Position numbers and translations under genes: made by a program | Notes under the pieces: generated by a model | What the model was told of the DNA's origin: nothing | What the model saw: the letters and a program-made list of their open reading frames with translations, nothing else | Databases searched by the model: none | Origin: Anthoceros angustus | Lineage: Eukaryota; Plantae; Anthocerotophyta | Assembly (NCBI GenBank): GCA_010909165.1 | Contig: MU008174.1 | Location: 744,001 to 808,000, forward strand | Direction of reading: 5' to 3' | DNA length: 64,000 nucleotides | In this document: piece by piece, positions 35,801 through 50,074 of the stretch | How positions within the stretch are numbered: position 1 is the stretch's first letter | How the letters are laid out: each line of letters starts with the position of its first letter

Positions 35801-38800
35801 CAACCACTTCTTGATGCCTGTGCAGGGTACCTTTCATCCTACTCTTCAGCTCACGTAAGCATCTGTTTTTGTAAGGATTTCATCGGTGGATACAGAAAAT
35901 TTTGGTGGTTGTTTAATTGTGTCTGGCTTGACATAGCTTCCCTTCCGGTCCTTCTGTCTTTCCAGCTGACAACCCTATTGCACTTATGAACAGGTGAAAG
36001 CTGCTTGTGTGCTGATTGATTTGTGTACAGGCCCATTAGCCCCGTGGCTGCCTATGGTCATTGGAAAGGTGGGGATATTAGTATATTCGGTTCTACACTT
36101 TCCATTTGTGCCCTTTTGACCAGGTGATGATTTCATGCAGGTAGACCTGGCAATTGAAGTTCTGGAGGATTTGCTCGGGGTCATACAAGTAAGAGCACGA
36201 ACACTGATTTCATGATAAACTCAAGAAACCTTTGTTGTTGGTTGGTTGCAGGTTTGATGATTTAATGTATTTACCTTTTTGCTGGTCAGGCTGGTCAGAC
36301 TCCTCAAGCAAAAGCTGCGCTGGTATATTTGATGTTGGGCCTGTCAGGTCACATGGACAATATGCTCACCCAGTACAAGGTGCGCAGGTTTAAGAATATT
36401 GCTAGGTGTTCTGTGGTCCTGTGTGAATTCAGCCTTGTAGCTAGAGCTTGAACTGAACTACCTGTAATCCACTGTCCTCAATATCAGGATGTTAAGCACC
36501 GGCTGCTCTTTCTTGTCGAAATGCTGGAGCCATACTTGATACCAGCAATCATGCCTTTGAAAAACACAATTGCGTTTGGAGACGTGTCCACTGTCCTCCT
36601 TGACAAGCAGGTACAAGGTTGTGCCATGGCTCTGGACCTTTTGCGTACTGCAATTAAGAAACCGGGTGTCCTTTCTGCTATGGAAGGAGAGTGGCGACAG
36701 GGTCATGCTGTACCAAGGTATGTAGCATCCAGCCAAAAAACATTTGTGGTAGAGCTCTAATCTGATGCTGTTTGGAAAAAAATGATGGTTGTGGTCTTGG
36801 CAGCGTTCTCTTATCCATATTGGCACCACATGATCCCCTGCCACCTAGCATCGATCTTCGCAAAAGTACAGTGGTCAAGGGGACTGGAATTGATAGTCCA
36901 TCAAAAAATGGAAATACCAATGATCCAGTGGTTAGCAATAGCTTTTCCCTCCTTGCAAGACCCAGTGTAACAGACGATGAAAAGGTTGAAGTAGTAAACG
37001 ATGTGAACACAAGAGATGTCATTGAGGATGGAAACAAGCTTTTTGCCCCTAGCGAGTTGAAGGGGCTCTCTCTCCCAGCTTTAGCAGGCCATTTTGAGGC
37101 AGCTGCTGCAGACAATCAGATTGGCCAGCAGCTGGTGTCAAAAGGCACCGATGGTAAAGAATCCAATGAAGACGAGCGATTTTTCCTTGATGCTCTTGAT
37201 GCCGAGGAATTTTTTGATCTTCAAACAGAGTATTTGCAGCTTGTCAACACACCTGACAGAGAACTTAGAGCCTTGGAGTTCATCAGATTTGCTACAGAGT
37301 TACATTCAAGATCGGATAATCATGATGAGAGCCATGAAGCTGCTATAGATGCTTTGCTGTTGGCAGCTGAATGCCACTTGAATCCTTTTTTTATGCTTAA
37401 ACCCGATGATCAACATCAGTTGATGATAAAGCATACTACACAAGATTCACTGAAGCATGTTGTTCAATCAAGTTCTCATAGTTTGAGAGAGGGTCCTATT
37501 TCTGGACTGGTGTCATGGCTTGAAGAAGAGAGGGACAAGTCAGTTCTGCATATCATTTTACGTGCTGCAGAGTGGGATAGTCCTGTGCCAGGAAGTGCTT
37601 CAGTAGCTGCAGATGATACAGATGCGTATGGGGACGACGTCCAACTGCTGGAACTTTTCAATAGGGTGTGTGTTTCTGAAGAAGATGCACCGGCAAGGGA
37701 TGCTGTTACTGTTGTGCGTCAACATCAAACTTTACTTTGTCAATTCCTTGTTCATCAATTGCAAAGGGAGAGACACAATATGTATGAAGTCCTTCTGCAT
37801 GGACTGTTGTTCGTTCTAGAATCGGCAACAGAACTTGCAACTCCACCTACTGATATCATAGAGGTTATCCTCCAGACAGCTGAGCGTTTGAACTCTGCTC
37901 TTCTTGTTTACCACAATGAAGTGCACAATGGCACTGGACCTCAAGAGTCTTTCAAAGCACATGGTATTCGCAGACAGTGGGCATTGTTGCGCAGATTAGT
38001 ACTCGTGTCAAGTGGGGGCCCGTCAGGAGATGACCATGCAAGTTCTAATGACATGAGGGACGTATTCTTTCACAAGGAGTTAGTCCCTGCAGCAGCTTGG
38101 CTCGCCAAAATTCCAGACTTTGCCATGTCATCACGTCCCCTTGTCCGCTATGTAGGCTGGATGGCAATGTCTCGGTTTGCAAAATGTTCTCACAACACTG
38201 GGTTCTCTCTCATAACCGATCTCACAGAGTTAAGCAGGTTGCTGCTAATATTTTCAGATGAGCTTGTCTCAGTAGAAGGATTACAAAAGGCTGAAGATGA
38301 GGAGCTCCACATGGGGTTCCTGATCAAAGCTGCTGGCAGCTCTGTCCAATCTCATGCACATCCTGCTGTGCAGGAAACAGACCAGGTGGACCGAAGTGGG
38401 CTTGTGAAAGTACTCTATCCAGAATTGGATGCGGTGTTTCCAAATCTTAAGTCGCAATTCAGGTCCTTTGCAGAGAGTATACTTAACTCTGTTTGCCTTC
38501 AAGTGAAGGTAGTTCCTCATACTGCTGTTCCTGACATCTTAACTTGGTTCTCTGGGTTTTGCCGGGATCCTTTTGCTTTGTCTAGTGCACCCAACTCCAT
38601 AATAGGAATCAAGGGGTTTGCCCTTGTGAACATCCGGTATGTGATATTGCGTCTTCTGGAAGTCATCATAGCGGAACACATTGATGTTGTTGTACCTGAG
38701 CTTCCCAGAGTAATTGAGGTGGTCCTCGCATTGAGTAGCAGTTCCTTTTGTGATGTGGATTTGCTCCAATCTTTGATGACAGCGTTAAAGCCTGTCATAT

Positions 38801-41800
38801 CTCATTCTACTGCCACGGCTGCTGCGTTTGAGTTTCATGGGGACTCCCACGTGCCCTTAGTCACGTTTGAGAAGTTGTGCTTTGAAACTCTTCTCGAACA
38901 TCTGAAACTGGGTCCAGTTAGCCAGGACCAAGATGACAGAGTGAGGCCGCGTAAGGCACTCCTCCTGTTTCTCGCAGGATATATATTATCAGACCTCTCC
39001 ATGGGGTGGAGAAATGACCTTCTGTCTTATCTTCTCAAGTGGACTGACTTTAGTGCCCAGGACACAACAGAGTCATTGCATGTATATCTATGCTCCTTCT
39101 TGAAGATTGTAGATGAGTGCAAATCTATTTTGGAAAGTATGGGCACAGTTGGAGCTGCTATGCCACAAGGACCTGGAGAGACAGGTGAGCCAGAAGCCAT
39201 AGTTGAGGTAATGGACCACTCCAAAGCTAATACTCCCTCGAGCACATCTTCCATAGCATTAAATGGTGGAGAGTATGATGAGCATGTGAGGAGAGTCGAC
39301 TATGTGGAGGCTGAACCAGCATCATCTGACGAGAATGAGCCTCATGCTGCCTTTGAAGATGCAGAAAGGGAAACAAAGAAAATTGTATATGACAGGGATA
39401 GGACTAGCTTATACAAGAGAGGTAGTACAAGTGATGTTCAACTGGAAACAGAGTTCAGGACGAAAATTCAGAAATTGGTGATGACCCTAGCTCCATCGCT
39501 TGAGGCAGCATGGAAGCTGCATCCACAGCTTGCAGCCAAAGTGAGTCGTCTTGGAGCGTCATGTCTTCTGTACTCCAGTGTTCTGCATGCTGGCACTGAT
39601 AGTGATGTCATACGAACAGAGAGTGGTTTGAAGACCAATGCCAGTGGCCAAGTGGAGTCATCACATGCGGTGGATCCACAAGCCTTTGTACAACAAATCA
39701 TACACTTGCAGCAACTTCACTGTTGGCAGGTTGCTGGTGTAGCTGTAGATTATTTCTTGTCAGCGCCTTCATCAGGTTATGTAGCAGAGGCCTTCCCAAT
39801 ATTTTGTAAGGTACTTTATCACCAATGCAGTCATGCTCCACGAATTGCATGGAGGCTATGGACAAGCAAGTGGTTGTCAAAAGCTCTTCTGTTGTCCCAA
39901 CAGACAGATTATGAAGCAACTGCCATGCCCTTGATTCACCTTCTGTGTACAATGTTGGAGCATTCAGAACCTGAGCAACGCTCTAGTGCTTTACAGCAAC
40001 TTTCGATACTTATAGATGATGGCTTGGTTGAGGAGTTGAGCTTGTCCCATGACCCAGTAGTGTATACAGACAAGATGCAAGATGAGACAGAGAAGTGTAC
40101 CAAAGAGGACTTTACTCGTATGCTTGTTGCATCATCCTGGAGCACGGTATCATCAGCAGCAGCTGCTGATCCACTGCTGTGGTTGAGGAAGCAGGCGATG
40201 GAGGTGTTACTCAAATTGATACCTTTGGCCCAGTCCTCCCAGCTGAGATCTCTTTTGAGTTCAATCAATGGGATACTTCCACCATTCACCCATGCTGGCC
40301 AGATATTCAGCTCCGGGCCCCTTACAAGACTCGCTCTGTCCGTGTTTGCAAAAGCCTGTCTTTATTCATCAGCAGGTGATCTTGATGCAGTTCCTCATAG
40401 AGTGTGGAACAGCATCAGAGCCTTGGCGCAAGCTAAACCTGGTGAGTGTGGTTGTCATGTTTTGTTGCTTGATTTCTGGCGCTTCTTGCCAGCAAAAGTT
40501 GGTGCCTTAGGCAACAAGAATAGGCCCTGGTTTCCAATGCTGAAGTTTGGGGTGGTGTGGTTTCCCTGTGGTTGATTTGAATTTGCACAGAAGGTGTCTT
40601 CATGGAGTCAGAGCGTGCTGTGTGCCGAGCTTTACTACTACTTCTACAGGAGCAAAAAGACTCTGCAAAACAGGTGTGTAGCTGGTGTGCCTATAGGATT
40701 CATTTGACTGTTTGTGCTGTTGCGTTGTCACATAGTCATTCAGAGTGGCCGTTGATACCATGTAACAGGCAGCACCCCTGTATAACATCTGTCTTGTGGC
40801 GTAATCACTGCAGAGGATTAGACAGGCTCTCTCAGGAGACACTAGAACAGACGAGATTGTTGCAGAGTATGCACCGGTCCGTGAGGCTGTGCTGGAGGTA
40901 TGTTTTTTCACACTGCTGAATGTCACTCCTGTGGATAGAAAATCAAAGATCTTGTTTGAAGTGATCCCTTTGGTGCTACCAGTGACAGTCCCACTTTGCT
41001 CAGGTTTTGTCAAGGCTGAACAGGGCGCGTCTCAAGGTGGATGCACGCACAGCTGCATCCTTGCAAGAAGCGATGGTATGTCTGAGTTTGAGTCATCATA
41101 TAGCATTTGAGAAGTCAGGTCATTGTAAGACTTTCTAAGCTACCTTTCATATTGAAGGATCTGGAGGAAGCTGAAATTGAGCTGGAGATAGCAAAGGAAG
41201 AGCAGACTTCAGAGCATTCCTGTCACCGTGCCTACTCGACATCTGCTGCATCCGGCTCAGGTTAGGCTGCCTTTGTCTTGTTGAGTACAATCCGAGATAG
41301 CGCTGCATTGAGCTTGATGGAAGAGCATGATTATCCTGCAGTACCACCATCTGGTTCCAAGCAGCAGCTGATGGAGCTCCGGTCACAGATCCTATCTTTG
41401 TACGTTCCACCTTTTATGTATACTCCGCAACCTGCCACTGTTTGAACTAAATATGACATTGGACTAAGCTGCTCATTCTCTCTGGACAGGGACAAGTCTG
41501 CTATCCGTGCAGAAATTAGTGCACGGAGAGAGCGGCAACGGTTCCTGCGCCATCAGCGACAGGTAGCTGCAGAAGATGCAAGGGTGCGAGAACTGCAGCT
41601 TCTTCAGCAGTTGGAAAGGTAGGAGCTGCTCTTGCAGCACAGCGTAAAATGCAGCAGATCCTTTCTGTTATTCTTCCTGCCTGAAATTTCTGCGGTCTAG
41701 AAGTTTGAGGTGGCTGTGTGAAGTGAACGAGCTGCCCAAGCTGAGAAGGAGATTGAAAGACAAAGGATGCTAGAAAGAGAGAAGGCGAAGACCCGAGAAC

Positions 41801-42729
41801 TGAAATATGCTCTTGAAATTGAGGCAGAGAGACGGAATCAGGTAACAAAATGAGACTGTTGGGCTTGGTGTGTTGTTGTTACGGATGAGAATGTGGTAAA
41901 AATTTCCACGTTCCTGTAGTCTTCAAGGAATGATCCAGTTTTGCACTCATTGTTCCTTGATGTATGGATTTTGAGCTTTCAAGGTGGGACATTTTCAGAG
42001 AGAACTCCAACGAGACATAGAACAAAGGGAATCAAGTGCAACACGGCCATCTCGACGAGAATTTCCAAGCACTACTCCGAGCAGGTAGGTGTCATCCACA
42101 GCAGCCTGTGACTGTTGTCATTCACCTGGAGCACTGGGCTAGATGGTCTACTTGGTTATTTCTGTCCCACACCTTGTCTCCTGGCATGTTGTAGCCGGCC
42201 AAGGGAGCGATATCGGGAAAGGGATAGAGAGGGGGGTCGTCAGGAGGGGAGTTCGAGACCAAGTAATGGTGGTGGTGGTGGCAGCAGTGCAACAACGCCT
42301 CCTGCAACTCCAACAGCAGGTGGATCCAGTAGTGCCCAAACGTCCACCTTGAGTATCTCTACGTCAGCATTGGCAGCACCTCCAGCTACAGCAGCCGCAG
42401 CCTCAGTCTCAAGCCCAAACCCGGCTGTCTTGTCAAACAAGGCATATCCTGGACAGTCTCTGCACTTGTTGCATGCTAGGGACCGGAGTGAGGATCGGGG
42501 TTTTGATGAGGGACTTGATGGTAATGGAATGCGAGATGATGGGAGTAGCTTCGGAGAGTCAGAGGGTGGACTGGGCATGGACCTCAACAACCCAAACAGT
42601 CTTAGCGCCAGTCAAAGACCAGGCCCTCGGTCCACCAGGCCCAGACAAGTGGTCGAGAGAAGGGAGAGGGATAGTCGGCGAGAGGGAAAGTGGGAGAGAA
42701 AGCAGAACAAACTTGATGGTTTGTGCTGA
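32834..42729 (+). CDS. Large conserved plant protein of unknown function (N-terminal galactose-binding/APC10-like domain, long helical region, coiled-coil and RE-rich C-terminus)
   Basis: Begins MEPELHARVKNLAYKV...LRTHWST...EWLLLELEEPCLLSHIRIHNKSVLEWEI and ends RRERDSRREGKWERKQ, both recognisable from uncharacterised ~2000-aa plant proteins. Many small exons plus a ~3.6-kb exon (~36804-40441). Confidence 0.85.
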
Positions 42730-44376
42730 GCTGAGATGAGCTGCTTCCGTTGCAGCCTTGTACTTAGGCATTTTCTCCCTTTCAATCAGGCTGGCTATTG
42801 TACATTTTTCAGTTGATTGAGCACCAAGAGTTATGAGCAATTTTTGTTTCATGATCAGGTTGGGCAGAGGCAGAATCTGATCAGCATCAGTAACTGCGCA
42901 ACTCTTGTCACTCAGCGGATTCTGGATCTGGGTGGTGGTGGAGCCTGCACTGTCATTCAACACTGAGGGTCAAGTCTGTCAGAGAGCGCAGTCTATGTAG
43001 ATGGAAGAACAAAACCGTCATGTACGTCATGCCCATACACCCAGAAGTGGTGAAAGGTAAAACAAAGGAGGCGGACCATCTTCGAGCCGCTTTTTGTCAC
43101 CCGGTGAAGCATAGTCCGGAGCTGTCAGCTGCATGAGCTAGCACGAGGTGCCTGCAGGCAAAAACAGTGTAGGACGGGGCCCACGGAGAGCACCCAACCC
43201 ACCGCCGAATTCGTAGCGTCAACGTTCCTTTCATTTCACGGCACCTCCTTCTAGAAGTGGGACCTGAAAGGCTGATCTCCGCGTCGCATTGGGTGTCCAC
43301 CTGCCGTAGAGGCTGTTACACTGGTTGCTTGCTAATTCTTGTTCCAAGGCACAAGCATGGACACCTGGATGATCTCATTGGTCTACCAGGACATGACAAA
43401 TCATGGGCTTCCAAGCAAACAAGCTGGTCACTATACACTGCAGTTTTCTCGTTGAGTCCTGCTGGTAGGTGAAACCTGGGCAGCTGCCTGTGGACTGTGG
43501 ATACCCTTCCAGGACTTCCAAACTCTCGATGTGCATGGGCGGGGAGGCCATCTTCACATGGACAGGCATTCCCCACGCCCCCTTTGCCAGCTACAAATAA
43601 GGCCTAGGGCAAGAATGGAGTGCAGCCACAGGTTCCTGGACAGGTGGATGGTCCCGGCTCCAGGTGCTGCTGTACAGGGACGGGGTGGCGAGTGACCAGA
43701 GCGCGCCGCAAATGGTGTGCTCCTACCTGCTGCATCTGTTTAAATCGGGCAAACACGACGGCCCACTCCAGCTTCCACACTTAGAGGGACACGATTGCAA
43801 AGAAGGACGCGGACAAGAGGAGCAATCTGGAGCACGGACACTGGGCAAGGGATACACGGCCCTCACTCACCGCGGTCATCCGCTGTTTTGCATTCTAAAG
43901 AAATATCGTCGTCCGCGGATGATCCGCTGTTGACAACACCTACCTCGCCTCGACATGGCACGCCAGTCGCGTCGTGAAAATCCCAGGCACGTGAAGGAGG
44001 CCAAAAACCCTTTCAGAAGATCTTGGGACTACGAGTCCACGACTCACTCCGACCACACCATACAATCCACACCAGGGGTCTTTCCAAGGACCTATTTGTT
44101 GGGCCTTTTAAACGTGGGTACTTTACTTGTCGAAATTCTTCATTTTTACTGGTGGGTCACTCATCTTGCAGGCGCTTGATAGTTTTTAAAAGTGTTTTAT
44201 TATCTGAAACTTTTTATTTTTAAATAAGATTTATTATATATTATACTTTTTACTCTTGTAACTTAGGGCTCATCAAGGGGGCTACATCAAGGGGAGACAT
44301 CTTCTCTAGTAAGAAGGCCCGTCAAAGAGCTTTAAAGAACCTAAGGCCCTTCAAAGAACTTTGAAGAAGGGACCCT

Positions 44377-44810
44377 TCAAAGAAATTTGAAGAAGGGAGA
44401 CATATCGAAGCACACGAAACGCATCTTCTTGCATTTATAGCATGAGATCTGTCAAAGAAAGAACTTTGAGGAAGGGAGACATATCGAAGCACACGAAACA
44501 CATCTTCTTGCATTTATAGCATGAGATCTGTCAAAGAAAGAACTTTGAGGAAGGGAGACATATCGAAGCACACGAACCACATCTTCTTGCATTTATAGCA
44601 TGAGATCTATCAAAGAACTTTGTAAAAAATTGAAGCATACCGATCTCTTACAACGAGGTGCTTATCAAAGAACCTTCAAAGAACTTTGAAGAAGGGAGAC
44701 ATATCGAAGCATATGAGCGCATCTTCTTGCATGTATAGCATGAGATCCATCAAAGAACTTTGTAAAAAAGTGAAGCATTTTGATCTCTTACAAGGTGCTT
44801 AGCAAAGAAC
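44377..44810. repeat. Tandem array with a 79-bp unit (3 copies plus a partial higher-order copy)
   Basis: AAGGGAGACATATCGAAGCA recurs at 44393, 44472, 44551 and 44692. Confidence 0.88.
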
Positions 44811-46986
44811 CTAAGATAGAAGGATTCACTTACCATGTTGAGGGTGATCTAACCCAAGGACACCGAAGCACAAAATTCCTTTGAAAAGGAATGATCAATA
44901 TACTCAAATAAACTTGGACTTTATCATCATTGAAAGGTTTAATCTAGTCTCAATGCAGCAAGCTAGCTAGGTATCTTATCATGAAAGCTTGGTCTAGGCC
45001 TAACTTAATAAACCATTTTACGGTTGAAAAACTCAATCCAAGATGGGTCTAGGACTAGAGGGCATTTAGCTCATTCCAGCAAGTCTGTCTCAATAATATA
45101 AGTTTTACAAGTAAAAATCTAACTCAGCTCAATATTGTTTTTACAATTTCAGGGTTCCATCTATGTACCTCAATTCAATAAATTAATTTTTACTAAGATA
45201 GTTTCTTTTAAATCAATTTTATAATAAAATTAAATCATAAAAACTTTGTCCGTCTACTACCTAGTAATAAACCAAGAGCACATGATTGAAAGTTTTTATT
45301 GATAATAATAGTCCAAAAATATTTATCACAGAGTATATATTGATATGATATTCGCATGGTTCCTTAAAGTTGAACGCTGTGCCCATACTATAGTTCGTTA
45401 AAAAGTATGTGTGTACATAATGTAATCCAGCCATGCAGATTTCTGGCATGCAAAAGGGGCATAAGGGGGAACGTATTCCTACTGCCGACATGCACCTCCA
45501 GACGACATACAATTCGACTTTTAGGAAAAGCCTGACACCTGCTGACAAGGAACGCGCCCAGCGAAACCCAGGAAGAGATGTACAAGCGACCACGTTAGAG
45601 AACTCAACGAAGGGTCTGCTTCCAGCGCGGGAAGCACATGACATCCGCCCGCACATCAAGAGGTGACTGGCGTGATGATTGCTGATGCAAGGCATTCATG
45701 GGGGGAAGAGGATGACGAACCTCGGCATTGGACGGACAGCACATTTTGCCCCTGACAAGAAACAATCTACACTGATCATAATCACAACTGCCACGCGTGG
45801 GACACAGCTATATCAGCCTGTGCAGGCAACACTCAGCAAAGTTCTTGCAAAGACGCACTTCTAGAGGACTGGAGACCACATATTCACCTAGCTGGGAAAG
45901 GAGGGAAGAGTACATCAATACTGAAACAATGAGACGCTAAGACATACATTTAAACAGACAATTCGAGTAGAACTTGGAACGCTCACTCTTCACTTCAGTG
46001 AGCTTACAAGAAATGACAGCAGAACCTTTGACTGAAGAAAAGCACGTGTGCTTGCTTGCGCTCACTAATGTACACATACAAATGCATGAACCGGAGGCCT
46101 GCTTCCTGGTGCCGGTGTTCTACGCGGGGACATTTTCCACTGCTCCCATAATCACCACCCTACGCATCCTTTAGGTTGCACAGCACCTTTAGAGAGAGAG
46201 TTACAGCCTCCAAAGCGCCCACGATGGCACTTCCTCCAGCTCCAAGATCCTAGGCTACTACATGGACCTGTGCAGAAATTCTTGGCCACTCTCCAGCTGC
46301 TTCCTTCATGGAAGCTAGTTAACCATGATATTTCCACAGGCGTCGACCTACTTGCAGCCAATGACATCACTGGACACCAGTAGTTCTTGGATGTGTGCCA
46401 GAAGTTCATGATCTTACCAACTAGCCCTTGCCACTCTGGTACGGCTGCAAGACAGTTCAACAATAAGGCCACAACCCCTTGTTAATTAGTCGCCAGAAGA
46501 AGCACACTGAAGGACTCAAAAACAGGATAACACGAGACAAGTTGCTCAGTTTGGTAGAGACTACTTAATCCCACAGCATAGGCCTGCAAGACATGCTACA
46601 CAGCACAATAATGAGATACCAAGCAGGCTTGCTGAAAATCGAATCATAAGACCATACTGACAACGAGGGTCAGAGTTCATTCCAACTGGTAACTTCCTCC
46701 GGAGATCCACTACTCAAAAACATCCCTCCCCAAGCTGACACAAAGGTATGGTAACAGGACTAAGCTTTTCAACATCTTAAGTGGTCTGCACACACAAGTC
46801 AGACTAGACATCCCACTCCAGCTCAATACGATCAACAAGGACAGGAGCGATAAGAGACTAGCAGTAGACAGATCAACTCACGAAAATCCCCAGGGCTCAA
46901 CCCTTTAAACAACTTCAATTACTGCAAGCGATGCAGTTATAGATAAACGTGAATTCAGTTTCATTACAGAGCTTATAGAGTCATGC

Positions 46987-48221
46987 TCAGCCGAAAAAGG
47001 CAGCATAACTAACCTTCACAGTCCTGGGCGGAGTGCCTGGTCTGGCAGAATTTTGGGTTCCATAGGCACCGAACTTTTGCTTTTTCTCTGCCGGCTTCAG
47101 AATTTGAAACGAGCACATAAGTGTGTCGTCCACACTCATCATAGCTCCAGCGTTGTCAAATTCGCCACAATAATTCGGTGCAGAGAAAATGGTGACGAGC
47201 TGCCTCTTAGCAAAAAATTCGTAGCCATCCTCCACCACCTGCATCACAAGTAACTTGTGTTGAACAAACCAGCAAGGCCTGAAATCCAAGGGAGCAGAGC
47301 AGCGAAATAGCACAGGTCCCCCACCTGGTGGGCTCGACAGATGAGATCCAAATCGTGCTTTTGAAGAAAGTCAGAAACGCTGTCACCACCAAAAGTATAT
47401 GATACCCCTCGATCATTGTCCCCCCAACCTTGCACTTCCTTATCAGGATCAGCCCACAGGAGATCGCACAATAGGCCTGTGTCCGGCACGTCTGTAGGTC
47501 GCGCTATTTTCTTTATCTGATCCAGGTTCTTCAGCTCAGGGGACAGTCCTCCATGCATGCACAGAATCTTCTCGTCAATCAGGGCAGCCACAGGCAAGCA
47601 GTTGAAACAATCTGTGAACGTCTTCCACAACCGGATATTAAATCTACGTTTGCATTCATCATAGAAGCCATATATTCGATTGATGGAAGCACATTCATGA
47701 TTGCCCCTCAGCAGAAAGAAATTCTCAGGGTACTTGATTTTGTAGGCGAGGAGTAGGCAGATTGTTTCTAGGCTCTGTTTCCCTCTGTCCACATAGTCTC
47801 CCAAAAACAAGTAGTTTGCTTCCGGCGGAAACCCTCCGTACTCAAACAGCCTCAACAGGTCAGAGTACTGGCCATGTATGTCCCCTGCCCATGCAAACAA
47901 GCCTGCCGTCAGCCGCAATTCTATCCACATTGCAAACCCTCACCCCACGCACAAGACGCCACGCCACACCACACCACACCAAACCCCCGCCCCAAGCCCT
48001 CCCCGCACTCCCAAACCCCGGCCGGCAATTCCACCACACGCACCGCAGATCTTGATAGGCGCTTCCAGCTCCAGCAGATTAGGCTGCGCCAAGAAGATCT
48101 CCTTCGACGCCAGACACAGCTGCCGGATCTCCGCCTCCGAGAGCTGCACCTGCTTGCCGGGCCGCCCACTGCGCACGTCCAGCAGGCGCGCGATGATGTC
48201 GTCGAGTGTGCCGCTGTCCAT
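46987..48221 (-). CDS. TOPP: Serine/threonine protein phosphatase PP1 catalytic subunit
   Basis: Motifs GDIHGQY, GDYVDRG, RGNHE and [13 protein letters not shown]. Exons 48221-48044, 47884-47325 and 47238-47014. The last few codons may lie in a downstream exon. Confidence 0.96.
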
Positions 48222-48611
48222 GGGCCTCAGCAGCGGCCGTTCCGCCCGCTGCCGCACCAAACCCGCCCCGCACGCTCTCCACACCACCACCAGCCACACT
48301 CCCACCACCTCTCTTCTCCGCTCCGCTTAGAGCCCCTCCGCCACCTCCGCTCCCACCTCCTTCAGGCTCCGCCCTCGCCGATCTGCGCCCGGCCCGGCCT
48401 CGCACCCCAGCCCCGCAGCAGAGGCGGCAGCAACGGCAGCACAGCAAGCGCCCGCGCCAGCCAGACAGCCAGCCCCCACGCCACCAGGCTTCAGGCAACG
48501 GCGCGAGAGCAGAAGGGAAGGGAAAGGGACGAGGGAGAGGCCCCGGGAGGGAAAAGCAGAGCGCGGCGAACAACGGCCTTACTAAGGAAGGCTAGGGTAG
48601 TGGTGACGGGA

Positions 48612-48669
48612 GACGGGCGACTGGCGAGGGGCGACGGGCGACGGGCGACGGGCGACGGGCGACGGGCGA
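48612..48669. repeat. (GACGGGC)n heptamer array upstream of PP1
   Basis: About 8 copies, GC-rich, ~400 bp upstream of the PP1 ATG. Confidence 0.85.
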
Positions 48670-49294
48670 CCGGACACGACAGGCATTGCGCTGCTCGGGG
48701 ACGACGGGCCCCCGTCACAGCGGTTAGCTTTATCCGGCGGGATATGTTCTCGCGCATCAGGCTAACCGCCGGGACAGGCAGGCGGCGGGAGAGGGGCACA
48801 AATTTTGACTCGCCTGGCTTCCTGGCTTTTCAAAATGGGGAACATGAAGGCGTGGTACGGCTGGCGGGCTCGTGGGCGCTAATTAAGCTGGATCAATCGG
48901 GCTAAAAAAAGGCCTCAACAGCTGTGTCCCCAGGTGGCCTTCCCGGACTTGACGGCGGGTCAACAGTGACCGGCCTGCCACTCCCTGACGCCCTGTCGCC
49001 CTGTCGCCCTTTCGCCATTTATGAGATATTTTTTTATCACACACTACGTCCACCTTCGCTCACCACGTCGGCGGCGATTATAGCTAAGATAGTAAAACTT
49101 GTCTACCTACCTATGCAGGCCAAGGAAGGAGACTTGTCTACCTACCTATGCAAGCCAAGGAAGGAGACTTGAGGAGGGCGGGGATGATTTAAAAGGAAAA
49201 ATTTAGGGATAGTTTAAATAGTTAGAGTTTTGGAGTCATTTTTTTATCGTATCTTAAAAAAGAATCTTGAAATGAAAGCACGTTGTGTTTTGAA

Positions 49295-49631
49295 AGGATT
49301 CTAATTGGACTTTTTTTTCTTTTACAAGATATATGAAATTTTATGAAAATTAAAATATGTGACCAATCTTGGACTAAGGAACAAAATAGACCACAACAAG
49401 GATGCATCCACCATGGCACCTGCTAGGAATGTGAAGACGAGAGACTTCCACAAGGCTTTCCAGGATTCTAATTGGACTTTTTGTTTTCTTTCGCAAGATA
49501 TATGAAATTTTATGAAAATTAAAATATGTAACCAATCTTGGACTAAGGAACAAAATAGACCACAACAAGGATGCATCCACCATGGCACCTGCTAGGAATG
49601 TGAAAATGAGAGACTTCCACAAGGCTTTCCA
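49295..49631. repeat. Tandem duplication of ~167 bp
   Basis: AGGATTCTAATTGGAC...GACTTCCACAAGGCTTTCCA occurs twice, nearly identical. Confidence 0.92.
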
Positions 49632-50074
49632 ACCACTGCGTTTTGGCCTAGAATATCACCGAAGGCGATGGATGGGCGAAACTCCTTATTACAATTGACT
49701 TGGGCCTTGGAGAGGCACTCAAGTTAAAATTTATAGTTGATACAAGAGGTCAACCCAAACACATCATGCAGCCAAAGCCTGGTCTATGGAGTGGCTTTAG
49801 GTCGATTCTCGAAATTTTTGAGAACTTGCACCAACTATTGTAGATATCCACGTCCCGGCAAATAAGCCATTACACAAAGCTGATACATATTCACTGAAGA
49901 TTCAAATCTTAACGTGCAGGAGCGTCCACATGAAACAATTGTTTTATCTCCAACGGATTGTTTCGCCAACGCCATACCTTCCTGTCAAACATCTACCATG
50001 GCAGACGTCTCACCGAGGACACAAAGGCACTCTAACGCTCAGCCTCCGGAGGCAACAACCCCCACAGAGCGCAA

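Noticed and set aside
43900-44320. Possible LTR end or polypurine tract (AAGGGGGAGA)
   Set aside because: No paired LTR, primer-binding site or gag/pol remnant was found.
47874-48905. 343-aa + strand ORF
   Set aside because: Antisense to PP1 exon 1 and its GC-rich 5' region, and low complexity.
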